A stretch of 64,000 nucleotides of DNA from Callorhinchus milii (GCF_018977255.1 NW_024704763.1:6882001-6946000), one strand, 5' to 3'; positions 1-13,705 are shown, counted from the first letter of the stretch. The notes: generated from the sequence alone by a model not told the origin. Program-made: numbers and translations.

Positions 1-130
1 TTTGTTCATTCCCCAGTGCAAGCAAACTCAAACGCTGTCAGATCAGGCAAGTGAGGAGAATTAGGCACTCCCGATCACTCACTTAACGATGAGTTCATCA
101 TTTACAAAAGCGATTTTATCCAAATTATGT

Positions 131-572
131 GTCAGCCTGGCTCAGTTGCAAGCACTCTAGCCTCTGAGTCAGAAGCTTGCAGATTCAATTCTCAAGATGG
201 GACTTTCAGCTGACACTGCATTGCAGCACTGCGGGTGGGGGAGGTGTGGTGGTGGGGGGGTGGGGGATTGCGTTGCATTTTCTACAGCCTTTTCTTTGGA
301 TGTGATATTAAACCAAAATGCCATCTGCCTGTTCAGGTGGGAGTGAAAGCTTCCATTGCACTATTTGAAAATAGGACTATCTCCCAGTGTCCTGGCAAAT
401 AGTCCTCCAGATAAACCGATGATTCACTTCATGGCTGTTTGTGGAGCATTGATGTGTGCATATTGACTGCTGCATTTGCCTGCCCAGTCACTACATTTGA
501 CTAAGATGACCTGCGGAGAACTTTGGGATGTGTTGACATTAAAGGTGCTATAGCAAATGTAGGATTGTTATT
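131..572 (+). mobile_element. Deu-domain tRNA-SINE (SacSINE1/DeuSINE-like), near full length
   Basis: Head gtcagcctggctcagttg..gcactct.gcctctgagtcagaag, central ttaaacc...tctgcctgttcaggtgg...gcactatttgaa...tgtcctggc (Deu domain), L2-like tail. Confidence 0.8.
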
Positions 573-636
573 CATAAAGAGAGCAGAGTGATCATTCCGG
601 CAATGTCACTGTGTATTGCAGGGGAGATTGATGGCC

Positions 637-657
637 TTCAGGACCATGGACAGCTCT
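637..657 (+). promoter_or_regulatory. Candidate REST/NRSF binding site (RE1/NRSE)
   Basis: TTCAGGACCATGGACAGCTCT compared with the consensus TTCAGCACCACGGACAGCGCC. Both half-sites and the canonical spacer are present. Confidence 0.6.
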
Positions 658-849
658 ATTCTATCCCAACAGAACAGGATGTAATGCAGTTTGGATTCAG
701 ATACAAAGAGGGCAACATCAAAACCTCAATTAGGACTTTTAAATTAAACATGGCAATTTTTTTTTCCCAAAGAAGGGTTTTATTAATAGTCATCACTGCA
801 TATTAATCAAGTGATAATCCCTCCCCAAATTGATAAAGAAAGAAAGAAA

Positions 850-970
850 ATTGGTCATTCACTTCATGTTTGTGCCCACAAAATACACAGTCAATCCACT
901 TTACAAGATATTGTATGAGGGGCTTTGAGACATCTCAATGACGTGATAAGGCACGGAGTATTATTATTGT
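850..970 (+). mobile_element. Young SINE 3' fragment
   Basis: gcccacaaaatacacagtcaatccacttt...ctttgagacatctcaatgacgtgataaggc. Confidence 0.75.
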
Positions 971-1669
971 TAGGAACAGATGACTGGAGAATACATTTTA
1001 GAAGTTACAAGAGTGAGGAATCAATGTCACAATGAGTTAAAATAGCATCTTATCACTTCTGGGAAATAGGTTTGAATACAGTCAAAGCTGAATAGTAAAC
1101 TGTCTGCCTACTCCAAGTATGCTACTAGATGCGCCTCCACAGGATATAAACTGCTGATAGTTTGGCACTACCAAATTAGTGATCTGATTCAATGGGGCAT
1201 AGGATCAGGATCGTCAATGTTGAGAGAACGCTTGGTATTTTGTTTTGCCTGGAGCTGCTTATTTGAACACAGACCACGTTTGAGCTCAGACCATAACAAT
1301 ATATAAAAGAGAATTGGATTAACTAATTGAAGAGAGAAACGTTCTACATAGTAGTGCTGCATTATAAATATGGTAAAATGTGGGACTGTAAAATCCCAAC
1401 CCACATTATAAAGGGGCATGATTGTGAATCTGTTCTTCCACATTCAGTTTTATGTGCTCAGAGATCTGGCTAATTTCAGTGCACAAGAATTAGTGTCCAT
1501 GGTGACCTGATAACCCAGAAGACAGCCACTTTTCTAGCTCAATAAAGCCAGCCTAAGGTTCGATGCAAGCCGGACAGCTTTCTGTTCACATTTTGTATTT
1601 TTAATTAGTATATGTCACACCTCAATAAGTGAACTTGCTCACAGTACATACAATGAGATGTTATTGTAT

Positions 1670-1790
1670 CAAGTATGGGGAAAAGCATTGAATTGAGATT
1701 AGACTGCATAGCACTCATGGAGAGGTTAGCACCAGCAGAGAGTTAGGACTGAATGCCTCCTTCTGTGCTGTGACTCCTATGATAGTGAGA
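1670..1790 (+). mobile_element. CR1-type 3' tail
   Basis: ggactgaatgcctccttctgtgctgtgactcctatga resembles the CR1 terminal stem-loop and repeat. Confidence 0.65.
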
Positions 1791-2232
1791 ATTCACAAGG
1801 ATGGCTGATGTGGAAAACGGAAGTGCTGTTCTGATTCATTCTAGGATATTGTTCTAAGATTGCATTCATGACTTTAATGAGGCAATGTAAACAGACCTGT
1901 GCTAATGCATCTAACCTGTGCTTTACCAGACCTGGAAGTTTTTTAATGCTGACAGTGAGTACAGAGGGTAGAATTCCCAAGCATGAGCATTCTTTAACTT
2001 TATCCGAATTAAATAGACAGCAAGCATGAGACTTCTGGAGATGCTCCAGGTTTGTGTGGTATGAACAATTACTTGGATTCGTCAATCATGCAAGCTAATG
2101 TGGACGAACAACTGCACAGTAGAGAGAACAATGTGATTCCCATTAAGTAGAATGTTTTAAAATTACCACAATTTAAATGAAACTTTAGATTCTGCCAGGA
2201 AACGGGGCACGTTAGTGTGTGAAGGATGACGG

Positions 2233-2560
2233 CAATAACAACTTGTACTTATATTGTGCCTTTCGTGTAGGAAAATGTCTCAAAAGACTCATTTCGTCCA
2301 CAAAATGCACAGTCAATCCACTTTACAATATATTCCATGAAGCGCTTTGAGATGTCTCAAAGATGTGTTAAGGCACTATATCAAATGCAAGGATTATTAT
2401 TATTAAAAGGCTTCACAGAGACAGTTTGAGCAGGGTGGGAGATGAAGGAAGGGTGACCAAAGGTGCAGAGAAAGAGAGAGGTTTGCTGAAGGGTTTTAGA
2501 AGCAGAGAAGGAAGGTGCAAGGTGGATGGTTTTTGTTCCAGAGGGGTGGAATGTTGCTCT
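2233..2560 (-). mobile_element. L2 3' end interrupted by a SINE tail (2287-2404, +)
   Basis: The reverse L2 tail acaacttgtacttatattgtgcctttc...gtctcaaaag resumes at aaaaggcttcacag. AAAAG is duplicated on both sides of the insert. Confidence 0.75.
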
Positions 2561-2589
2561 CCAATGTCCAGGAATGAGTCATTGCTTCC

Positions 2590-3080
2590 CAGCTTCACTC
2601 CCTTCACGAACCCCTCCAATCAGGTTTCCGTGCCACCCACAGCACAGAAACAGCCCTGGTCAAAGTGAAAAATAACATTCTGTCCATCTGCGACCAGGGC
2701 TCCCTCTGCCTTCACATCCTCCTTGACCTCTCTGCTGCCTTCGACACCATTGACCACTCTATCCTCATCCACTACCTCTCCTCTCACCTCAACATTCATG
2801 ATTCTGTCCTTGAATGGTTCAAATCGTACCTCTCACACCGCCTCTACTTCATCTGCACAAATAGTTTCTCCTCTAGCCCCCGCACTGTCCTGTGCAGCGT
2901 TCCTCATGGCTCTGTCCTTGGTCCCCTCCTCTTCAATATTTATATGCTCCCTCTTGGTGACATCATCCACAGACATGGGGTCAACTTCCACATGTATGAG
3001 GATGACATACAACTCTACCTCTCTGCCCCCACCCTTCACTCCAAGACCACTGCTGCGCAGACATCAAGTCCTGGATGAGA
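2590..3080 (+). mobile_element. L2 LINE reverse transcriptase fragment
   Basis: ORF 2665-3078 contains LLDLSAAFDTIDH, VPHGSVLGPLLFNIYM and HMYEDDIQLY (degenerate YADD). Confidence 0.92.
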
Positions 3081-6000
3081 ATCAACAGCTCCCTGGTGGG
3101 GTACATGGAGCAGTAATCCAGTGTTTAAAGGGAACATTTGGTGTAATTGTATAGTGCCAAATGTACATCGCTATGTGGTCAAGTAATTGTCTCCTTTAAA
3201 CATATTAACAATAATATGATGCTCATTAATTCACTCACTCTGACCATTGGTGACATTGACTACTGTGTTGAAGCAAATTTTGCTGTTTATAGAATTAAGG
3301 TCATTAAATTAGTGGGGAAAAACATTAAATAAATTGATGAGGACATTAGCTGAAGATCCATATGGGAAAAACCACAAGAGAACAGAGCGATGGAAAGAAT
3401 ACAGGATATGTTGAAGAAAGGAAGGGAGATGAGAACAAATATAAAGCTCAGAGGGAGACAGAAACAAATGAAAGATACGATACATAACTAGGGATATAAA
3501 TGCCATCAAAGGATGAAGGAGTCAAGGGAACAAAACAGAAATAAAAAAAAATAATCAATTAATCATGAAGGAAAAGTGCAGAAAAAGAAGTGTGAAGGAG
3601 AAGTAAAGAGGAAAAAGATGATTGTTAAAAAAATGAAAGATGAGAAAAAGCAAAGGTTTTTTTTGGAAAACGGGAGAAGGGAAAGTTTCCAACTTCCGTA
3701 TTCTATTTGAAATGCAAAGGAAAGGGAAAAGAACAGAAGGGGAAAAAAAGGAAAAGAAAGCGAGGTTGAGGGAGGAGGGAATTATAACAATATAATCATG
3801 CTCTTTGCATTAAATAGAAATCACCTTTCACGTTGTGAGGACATCTTAAAGCACTTCACAGGATTTGCTTTGAGGTGTAGTAACAGTACTTTGAGGGTGA
3901 TTTAAATTCACCGGAGCAACATTCCACCTGTGGAGCTGTGTGGGAGCTGTTGTGCAGTTTGTTGTTGTGCCCTGTGGATGGACATATTAATCCCTTCAGT
4001 TGCTGAGCTTCTGCTCTGTGATGGTGTGACTGCTGATGTTGTTGCCATGCAACTAGCAGAGCAGACGTAATCATGTTTCCTGGTTGGTGCATGAAACCCT
4101 ACAGCAAAAGCTTCCAGAAGTCACATCTTTAGGACCGATAGCATGATCAAATCTAAATTCAATTTGAGTCATACACTTGGCAGCAACCATAGATAGATAC
4201 AGATCAATTATTCCCTTTTGGGTCAAACAGAATTAGTTTAGGAATTGTAACTTCCATTCATAAATTGCTAGGCATGTATCTAAGAAACTAAAGTGCTGGG
4301 GGGATGGGAATTATAAAGCAGAGGAGTTAGTGTGAGTGGTTTATTGATGTCGGGGGAAGCCTAGAATGAGTTATGCATTGAAATAATCTTTTGTTTGTGT
4401 CTATTTGGTGCTAAAACCACAAGCTGTCAACGTCTCACAAACACTGAAAGCAGCACAAGGGCTGGACGAGCTGGGTTTGGATGTATGAGACACAAGTCAA
4501 CGATGAAATACACGGTGCAACATGCATAAAATCTACATTGCTTGTCACAAGATAAACACCCGCTTGTCTGAAAAAACAACAATTTGGAAAGAATGAAACC
4601 AAGTGCCAAATTCCCAGATGGCACAATGGTGACGTAGCACGAAAGACAGGGATTATGGACGGAATTTTCCCATGGATGAACAGCGAGGGATTGCTGCCAG
4701 CAGCAAATCCGAATATTTACCACAACAGGGATTGTCCATCGCTGCTCTAAATCCTGATATTGAACAGCTAAGTCTCCGACTAGAAGCAGCACGCTGTGTT
4801 TTTATTAAATCCACAAGTCACATTATTGCAGGTGGAAAATCAAGGACAGAAAGTCTTGTTTTCAACTGAATGCAGTCAGTTTTTTTTAATATTCATAATA
4901 GATTGCCAGGGTTCTTGAGTTTAAGACTGGTCCTTCAAGGTCTACCAACGGTCTGGTCAGGAAAGACATCTGGTGTGACACTAGGCAATAGATTGGAAGA
5001 TTGTGAAATTCAAATCTAAAAGTCCCTCTGATATAAAGTGTGGCAGTTGTTTTGGTTACAATTGGCCTGTGTTACGGAGGGAGAAAATCAGCCAAGGTTC
5101 CTGATCCTGCTAAGAGACTCCCAGCTTTGAACTTGCCTGAGAACAATTGTAATGCTGTTCAGTAAGAGTTTATACACCTAATCAATATACTAAAATGGGC
5201 CAAGTTGACTAACACAATGAGAAAGGTTGAAAATAAAGTATCTCCTTACTTGCCCTCAAGTCCACCCAGGTCCAATTCCCCATCAGCATCAAAATGATGA
5301 TAAATCTTCGCAAATGTTGATAGTATCAGTCTCATTTTAATGGTGAAAACAAGTTACCATTGAAATAAACTTTGTCCAATTCCTGGAAAGTGGGATGATT
5401 GTTTTTGAAAAGGTGATCTACAAGAACAGGTAGCGCAGGCACAAGGGGCTGAATGGCCTCTTCTGAGCAGAACATTTCTACACAATGTTAAACTTTGACA
5501 TGTTTCTTTGAATAATCACAAATGTTAATTAGTGGTAGAAGCAGAACATTTTTTAAAAATTATTATAACACATCAACCTTGATAAGTTGACCTGCAGAAG
5601 TGAGCATGGGCCAGTCTATCTATCTTAAGGTAATTTGGTATTAACTCGTGATCAGAACCTTGCGACTGGGAAAAAGTTTTGGTCATTGGGATCAAAGTTT
5701 CCAAACTTTCTTTTTGAGTTTTGAGGGTGGGCGGCAAAACTCCAGATTCATGAAACTTCTTAAAACGTAAATCAGTGCAAATAGAAATAGAAAAGGAACT
5801 TGAGACGAAAGGTTGCTGTTTTATTTCATTGCACAATTGTTTTTTTTAGTTAAGAAGTATTCGGACCTAATTTACATTCATTTGCATAATATTTACATAT
5901 CTGTTTCAATATGGAAATACTTTGTGATGACTAACTGATTTTAGCATTGATGTTAAAAAACTAACATCTAGGAATGGATTTTCAATATACTGTCACTCAA

Positions 6001-6234
6001 AATATTGTCTTCCAGGCATATGGGAATTCCCAGTATAACATTGTGTGATATACTCCCCTGATGCACAAAAATGATTAATTACCCAGTTGTTGCACTAATA
6101 TAGTCATTCGGTCTTGTTAAATACCTTTGAAAATCATTACCTGAACAGTGATTGATTGCACCATTGCCTTACCATTGGATGAAAAGTATGGAACTCTTTC
6201 ACGGTGAACTCTTGGTTGCCACAGGTGTCACTGT

Positions 6235-6656
6235 ATAATAATCCTTACATCTGAAAAAGAACCTTTCACATTGGCAAGACATCTCGAAATGCTTCGCATT
6301 ATATTCTGTAAGTCTAGTGAGTGTGTATTTTGGAGGCGAACACGGCAGCCAATTTGTGCTTGTCAATGCTCATAGACAGCCATGTAGTGAGTGACCACAT
6401 TTTATCTGTGGGATTGTGGGCCAAGACACCGGGAGAAACTTTTATTTTCAAATATTGACACAAGATATTTAAAGTCCACCTGAACAGGCAGATGAGATCT
6501 TGGTTTAAAGTCTCATCTGAAGGACAGCACCTTGGTAAACGCGCGAGGACTCCATTACAGTGTCAGCCTAGATTATGAATTTCAAGTTCCAACAAGGTTT
6601 TTGAACCTACAACCTTCTGATAAAAAGGAGAGTGCTACCAACTGAGCCAGGCAGAC
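6235..6656 (-). mobile_element. DeuSINE-like element, near full length
   Basis: gtccacctgaacaggcagatg...ggtttaaagtctcatctgaaggacagcacc...gagagtgctaccaactgagccaggcagac. Confidence 0.85.
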
Positions 6657-6659
6657 AGA

Positions 6660-6920
6660 ACAATACAATTTACATTTAGGAACATCTATCACTTCAGGAC
6701 AATGTCTCAGTGCACTTGATAGAGCTGAATGGGCACAAGAACTCGGGTTGGGAGCCGAGGGGAATGGTTGGTGGGAGGGGTGGAAAAAAGATGACTGAAA
6801 GCACAGTCAAAGAGGTACATTTTGAGACGTGCCTTGAAAGAGTGGGGGGAGTTGCGGAGCAGGTCAGGAAGCATCCGGATTGGAGTCCAGAGAGAGTGGG
6901 CAGAATGGCTGATTCTCTAT
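6660..6920 (-). mobile_element. Old L2 3' fragment
   Basis: Similar to the 3' ends at 19042 and 59057 (aatttacattt..., ttgagacgtgccttgaa, ggagtccagag). Confidence 0.65.
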
Positions 6921-7039
6921 AGTTGATACTTAAGAGTTTGACTTTAACAGAAATTAAATGGCTGAGCATTGCTGGACAAGCATTTGAACGATACAGCTGT
7001 GCACTGAGGTTTGTCAGCTCAGCATGAAGTAGCTACATT

Positions 7040-7415
7040 CTTGCTTTGCGATTCAAGAACGATTAGTGGTGAGGTAGAATATTTTTTTCCCTTGCAGAGG
7101 CTTATTCGGACACAGAAGGCTTTGCCACAAGTGACAATAGAAGCTGAGACCATAGCAGTATTCAAAAGAGGATGTCTCAAACATTTGATTATGAGCATCA
7201 TGACTATTAATTGGCGGCAGAAGCAGGATTTTTACAGTTTAAGGGAATAGAGCGATGATTTGGGAACAGAGGAGATAGCTGCAATGGAGGAGTTAGCTCA
7301 CAATTCCTCTATGGGTTGACTAGCTTCCTTCAAGAGATACTACCCTGCGTGGAGGGCGCTATGTAAGTGCAAGTTGTTGTTGTTGTTCTATGCCATAATG
7401 TCTATGAATCTATAA
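7040..7415 (+). mobile_element. CR1 3' fragment with an L2 tail inserted at ~7331-7385
   Basis: FF.QR...LPQ..IEAETIAVFK (CR1 ORF2 C-terminus) followed by a CR1-like tail. Confidence 0.65.
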
Positions 7416-7684
7416 CTCTGGTCCAAAATCAGTTATACTTTACGCTCCTGCGGATTGTTAATCTGATCCCAAACTAATGTAAAAACAATAATGTAAGCTC
7501 TTTGAGCTGTTACCCTACCATAAAGGGCATATATAAATTGCTATACAAGTCATATAAATGCAAGTTGTTCTAGATATTAGGAATGAAAGTTAATATTTCA
7601 GATAATCCAACTCGCTTTAGCATTTAGCTCACTGTGTTGTACCTGCGCTAAGCCATTCTCCATTTTCTCCTGGTTTGCAGCAAA

Positions 7685-7850
7685 TACTAACAATAATCCT
7701 TGCATTTGATAAAGTGCCTTATTATGTCCTTTATATACTGTAAAGTGAATTGACTAAACATTTTGTGGGCGAAACCCAGCAGCCAATTGCACACAAAGCA
7801 GTGTCCCACAAGCAGCCGTGGATTGAGCTACCAAATTATCATTATTTATT
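7685..7850 (-). mobile_element. Young SINE 3' fragment
   Basis: aataatccttgcatttgata...actgtaaagtgaattgact...gtgtcccacaagcagccgtggattgag. Confidence 0.8.
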
Positions 7851-10800
7851 TTTTAAAGCACACGTCCCTCGATTGCCAGCAATTTGAACCAATAGTTTGG
7901 CCTTTCCCTTTTTGAACACTTGGACCAACATTTGCCGCGGTGATTGGAAAGTACACTGCCCCTGTAATAACCTCTGGAGCGATGTGACGTTGCTTCCAAT
8001 AATGGAGCGATTCAGAAAGCCGATTTATGCTACCTGCTCTAAATCGCTGTGGCCTGGGGCTAAGGAACTAAACGCATACGCAGTGATCTTTTAATCATGA
8101 CTGGGCGGCAGTTCATTTTGCAGTGCTATTAAAGAGTGGGGTCTGTTACCAGCTCTGATAGCATTAGGTACCTTGAGGACAGCCCAGTGGGTCACCTCAT
8201 AAACTTAGTTTGCTAAGTTTGAAAGTTTGGTTGCATTAGAAAGCTGATTTATACTGCAACCATTTGGATTGATTATTCTGTGGAACTACCTCTGGGAGGT
8301 GACCTTGGGAGCTGGGCTCCAATTCAAATCAATGAATCAATCAAATCTGTTGCAAAAAACATTTTGAATTGATGCTAATTGTGGTATTAAAAAAAAGGGC
8401 ATATATTGGAGGTTATAAATAATACTTGCATGTGTTGTAGAGAAATAACTCGTATCAAATCTTCTCAAAATTAGTGACTGTTATATGTAGGCAAGGAAAG
8501 CAGCTAATGTTTGCAGCAATGGTCCACATGCAGCATTGAGATGAGTGGCCAATTCATGTATGTTCTTTTTGCGCATTTGGATGAGAATCGATGATTGAGC
8601 ATGAGAACCAGAGGTCCAACTGAACCAACAGAACAGGTAGGGCATCGATTTAATGCCTCTTATGAAAATTTCGGCACTCCTAGGAAGAATTATTTAGTTC
8701 TAAAATTTCATTCAGCTCCCTATTATCTTAATGCCTAACCTAGCTTCCTTATTGATCTTTCTGTATATCCTGTCAATTACATGCATTGCTTCTGATACTT
8801 GAATCATATCCAGCCTAGTCAAATATATCCCTAATATAAGATGTTGAAGTGGGTTAGCCACACTTCATATCATGCTTTAGGACATGGATAACATACCCTA
8901 AAGATCACAAGTACATATGACAGGCTATCTGCAACAAGTTATTACCTTTAGCTGGAGTGAAAGGGAACAATTTAAAAAAAAATTGAAATGGAGAGAATTG
9001 GAGAATCTGCAAAACAAGTGCTGGATATAATGCCATATCCCTGCATTAGAGATCAGCTTCAAAACATTGTTTTCCCCTGCCTGATTCTTGAAGTTTGGTG
9101 GAAATCATTTTATAATCTTTTCCTCCATCGTGTTCTCTTTGATAATGAACACATTTCTATGCATTTAAATGGCCTTGTAATCCATCTCACTCCTGCTAAT
9201 GTGCCGTTGTTGGCAGACCTACTAGAGTGTGACTGGAGGCACTGGTTTTCGTTGATCTATGAGGTACGTTCCGTTGCTTCTTATGAACTAAACACCAAAA
9301 GATTAGTGCTTCAATTTGCAAAACAACGCTGGGAAGAACATTCTAAATAATGATGCATTCATATTCTCCTATCATGGGTTCTGCTCACATCAATCGCTCC
9401 AACTACATTCAGCTTGGCTGAGACTAAGCTCCAGGACCCTACACCCCTATGCTCACATAGCAAGAGGCACAATACATGCACCGACAGGTGAGTTGGGTTT
9501 TGTCAGTGTTTCTTCTCAATGCTTTGCCTTATGACGCCCTTCAGCTGACCCAGATAGGAACTGGCAAGCTTCCAACTGTTTTCCCATGAGAGCTCTGTCA
9601 AAGGCTTCGTACTGCTTTCCATTGATTGGAGTTATTCCCATGAAATTCACAAGGGACATCCTGATGAAGAAGGTCCTTTGGTCGGTTTGATCTCATGTTT
9701 CCAGAATATCCACTCTACCAACTTTCCACTATAGCATCAAGCTGTTTCATAATCTTCATCTAGAATAGGAAATCTGGTGGCTTCGTAACACATGGCGATT
9801 TCTGATTCATTCCTTGATAAGAAAAGTGGAGTAAGTCGCACCAATTCACAGCACTTGGCTTTAACAAAGTCTTCTTCTGAAGGAATGTTCCCAAACATGT
9901 GTGTAGCTGTGCATCATCCATGGGTGGTTGCTGGAATGAATCCCTACTCTTTACTCAGCTAGAAGGCATTGTGGACCAGATCCCAGAATCAGGATTCAGT
10001 CTCCAATCCCAGCTATTTCTGGAAGGCACCTCTAATCAACCCGAAACACCTTAATTGGGGTTCAACGTTCATCTAAGACCTTAAATTTTATCTTGCTACA
10101 AATCAGCTAAAACAAGTTTGCAAAGGGTTAATGCCACATCACTGCTGCCTTAAGGGGAATGTAAATCGAGTTTATTTCCTCCTCTTTCAGTTCAGGATTG
10201 CCGTTTTTTTTAACATGTGCAAAGCTCGGTTGGAGTGAGACCCTGGCAGCAGTGAGACTGTTGTTTGTTCTGATTTGTTACAGCTCCTCCTGACGCAAAA
10301 GGGGCTATACAAATGTAATTTGTTGTTGTATGTTGTGACTGCCCTCCCCCATTTTGCTAATGAAGTCCACTCTTTGCAAAACATACAGCCTGATCTGTTA
10401 CTGCAGCTCCTCTTGTTTTGGAAAATCCTCATGATCCGGGACATTATCGGGGTGTGAGGCACAAGCTGTTCGTCAATTGGACAAAATCAATTGATCAATG
10501 AAAATCACGAACAAAGTCCCTGCAAACTCGATTTCAGTTTCTTCTTTGAGTTGTTATTCTAGGTTCCTGTTCCGGGGAGCGGAGGTGCCATCTTTCGGGT
10601 GAAACCTAGGAGATCCTATATCTGTTCGGGTGGACGCTGAAAAGAGAAGGGAGTTTCTGTCCTGCAGATAACATTGGTTGTTCACTTCTGGGCTGTTTTC
10701 AGGATATTGCTGTGCATAAATTGATTGCTACGTTCACCTAAAGCTTGGCTGTTTTGCTGGAAGTAGGAAACTTGGGAAGAAGGTCATTAAGCCTGTTTCA

Positions 10801-12477
10801 CCAGTTTATAATAATAATTCTTGCATTTCATATAGTGTCTCATAGTATCGCCAAGACATCTCATAGCACTTCAAAGGCTATGCTGTTAAGTGCAGTAATT
10901 TGCACACAGTTTATCAGTTCTTGGCAGTTCTTTTAATCTCATTGACCTGCCCTTTTGCCATACCCCTTAATACCTCTACTACTCATGTAGCTATCTGTCT
11001 TTCTTTTTTAACATCCCTATTGATCCTGCCTTTACAGTTTGCTGGTTCAGAGTTTTGCACATCTTCACAACTCATTGTGTGATGAAACACTTCCTGACCT
11101 CAGTTCTTTCTACCTTAGTTCTAACGTGCAATGTGAAATGATGCTGGCATTGACCCGATGACCTATAAATTTGCCATTGTTTTACCACAGGAGTCAGACA
11201 TTTTTTTGTTTTAATTTTTTGGTGAGTAAACGTCAGGATCGAAACTCCAACTGTAAGTGAATCTTTTGCAAAATGGGGTGAGAGACATTACTGGATTCCT
11301 CTTGTTTGACCTGAGAGTCAGAATTGATTTGATGACCTCCAGGAGGCACATGGAACAAGGAAGGACATGCTCAATAGCCAAGTGGACAACCGTTTGGTCT
11401 CTTCTTTCGCAATTTGCTGTCCTTCGGAAGTCTCAATCAACTCTTCCCTGTTACGAATCCCGTCAGATTCCATGGTCATTTCAGTCATGCAAGGAGAATG
11501 GAAATGTTCTCTGGGGAATTCAGCACTTGAGTTATGTCGGCCGTAATAAAATTGGAGACGCAGAAAGTCAATTAGTATCTGAATGAGGCAGGTTAACGTT
11601 TCACATGCAGCCCCTCATCCAAATTATTCCTCTTTTTAATTCCGACAACTCACAAAATAATACAAAAAATAAATGAAAAATATAAATAAAAATAAAAATG
11701 CTGCGTCAAATTTCGTTCCCTAGAAATCCCAGTCTAACATGTTCAGGATCCAGTGAGATATATTTTTATGGAGAATTGTTTGCTTTTATTCCTAAAACCT
11801 TCCTCTGTATATTCTTTGGGGCGAATGTCTTCTGACAGTAGTCAAGCTGAAATGTTCACAGATCTGCTAAGTGAGTAGGCTGATCAGAATCACATCAGCA
11901 CTGTGGGAGTGATGACTATAAAAAAGTAACCACATTATTTTCTAATGACTTTACTGCAAAATGATTTGAACTATATCTGGGGTCAAAGCTTCCAGAGAAG
12001 AGAATCCTATGATAGAATTATAGGGGAAATAATACCATGTTTCCTAATGGATTCAATGTGTTCATTATCTACTGCCGTGGTGGCCAAACTTTTTGGTGTG
12101 TTTCTTCCACAAAATAAATGTTTCTTGATTGAATGTTTATTGATTAATGGCATAAATCTATGCTATTTTGTTATCGCTTTGATTAGTTTGTTGGCCAACC
12201 AACAAGGGAAGCCCTGTCACTGGGACTCATTTAAGAAACCATTTGATGCTGTGATGGTCTACTGGTTTCCAGCCTTCACCCTCATTTCCCCGCTCCCATC
12301 GATTTTGTCATAATGGTTGGTTTCAAAGCTGCTAATAGCCACAGCCTTTTATTACCATCAGATCAGGTGGTAATAATACCATTCTGGCACAGAGAATGAT
12401 AATAACATAAGAAGCGTGTTTAGTCACACTGCAAACTTTTTACCCTTGGTCTGACTTGATCTTGAGTTATTTCAGTG

Positions 12478-12830
12478 TAAAAATCCTTGCACTTCACATA
12501 GTCCATTATAAAGCCCCTTTATACAGTCATTGAAATGTCTCAAAGCATGTCACATGATTGTACTGTATAGTGACTGTGTACTTGCAGGAGCTAAACAGGA
12601 TTAACGTTAATTTTAATGTTGGCCACAACACTGGGAGAAATTCCCTACTCTTTTTTAATAATTCCATGGGATCTTTAACGTCCACCTGAACAGTCAAATG
12701 GAACATTGATTTAACATCTCATCTGAGAGATGGCACCCCTGTCAACCCAGCTCACTCCCAGTCCTGCACTGGAGTGTCAACTCTAGAATGTGAGCTCAAA
12801 GTCTCAACGAAGACATTGAACCTACAACCT
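12478..12830 (-). mobile_element. DeuSINE-like element
   Basis: ccatgggatctttaacgtccacctgaacag...tttaacatctcatctgagagatggcacc. Confidence 0.8.
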
Positions 12831-13414
12831 TTTAGGACCTGTTCGAAGGGAGATCAAATAATGTCACCTTTACCCTCAATTGCTTGTATAAAAGCCAAAG
12901 AGAGTTTTGCAAACCATCTCATCAGGGTGACTTCAACTTTCTTTTTAAAGCATCAAAACTGATATTATGGGTGTGGGGTTACTGAGTGCAATCATGCCAG
13001 GAAATCCTTCTCCCCCCACCACCACTTCCCACTGTGGGTGATCCTGGTCATATTAATGTAGTGCTCTCTTACACTGTTTCTAATATATTGAAGTAATAGC
13101 CATACATGCAAGCGTTCAGCCAACGTCAGAAGAAACCCAATTGGGAGTACTTGAGGTACAGTAGGTCCTGATCTCTAGTGAAATTGTGAGTTTCTCGCTG
13201 TTGAAAGAATAGCTGTAATCCATCATTACTGGGTTCGTCTCCCTTTAGGTCTTCTGATAAAGGATGATTTCATGCTTTTCAGGACACAGAAAATACTATT
13301 GTCGTTACAATGCGATGATGAATGAATGTTCAAATAAAGTGCAATTTATTTTAACCACTTCTAACCTAAAGGCAGTGACACATTACAATATCACAAGAGA
13401 GGTTTGGATGAAGA

Positions 13415-13705
13415 AGTCCTTTGAGCTCATCCTTCCTGATGAGAGATATCCAGCTTGCCATCCTCCCATCACAGCATCAAATGGTTTCTTAAATGAGTCC
13501 CAGCATTATTTTCCTTAACCATGCTTATGATAACTCTGTTCCAGTTATTAATTATCCTAATGCAAGGAGATACTTTCTGGTATCTGTCCTGAAATTGCCC
13601 TTTGGAACCCTGACTGAACCTGTGTCATCCTGTTTTGCTGCTTTGGCATTTCTGAAAGTATCGTTCTGGGTTCACTTTCTCAATGCTTTTTAAAATCTTA
13701 TACAT
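13415..13705 (-). mobile_element. CR1 3' fragment
   Basis: Homologous to 57577-57915 (tcctgaaattgcccttt...ctgaaagtatcgttc.gggtt). Confidence 0.7.

Noticed and set aside
1490-1512. Second RE1-like motif (agtgtccatggtgacctga)
   Set aside because: The left half-site needs an insertion and the right half is mismatched, so it is too weak.
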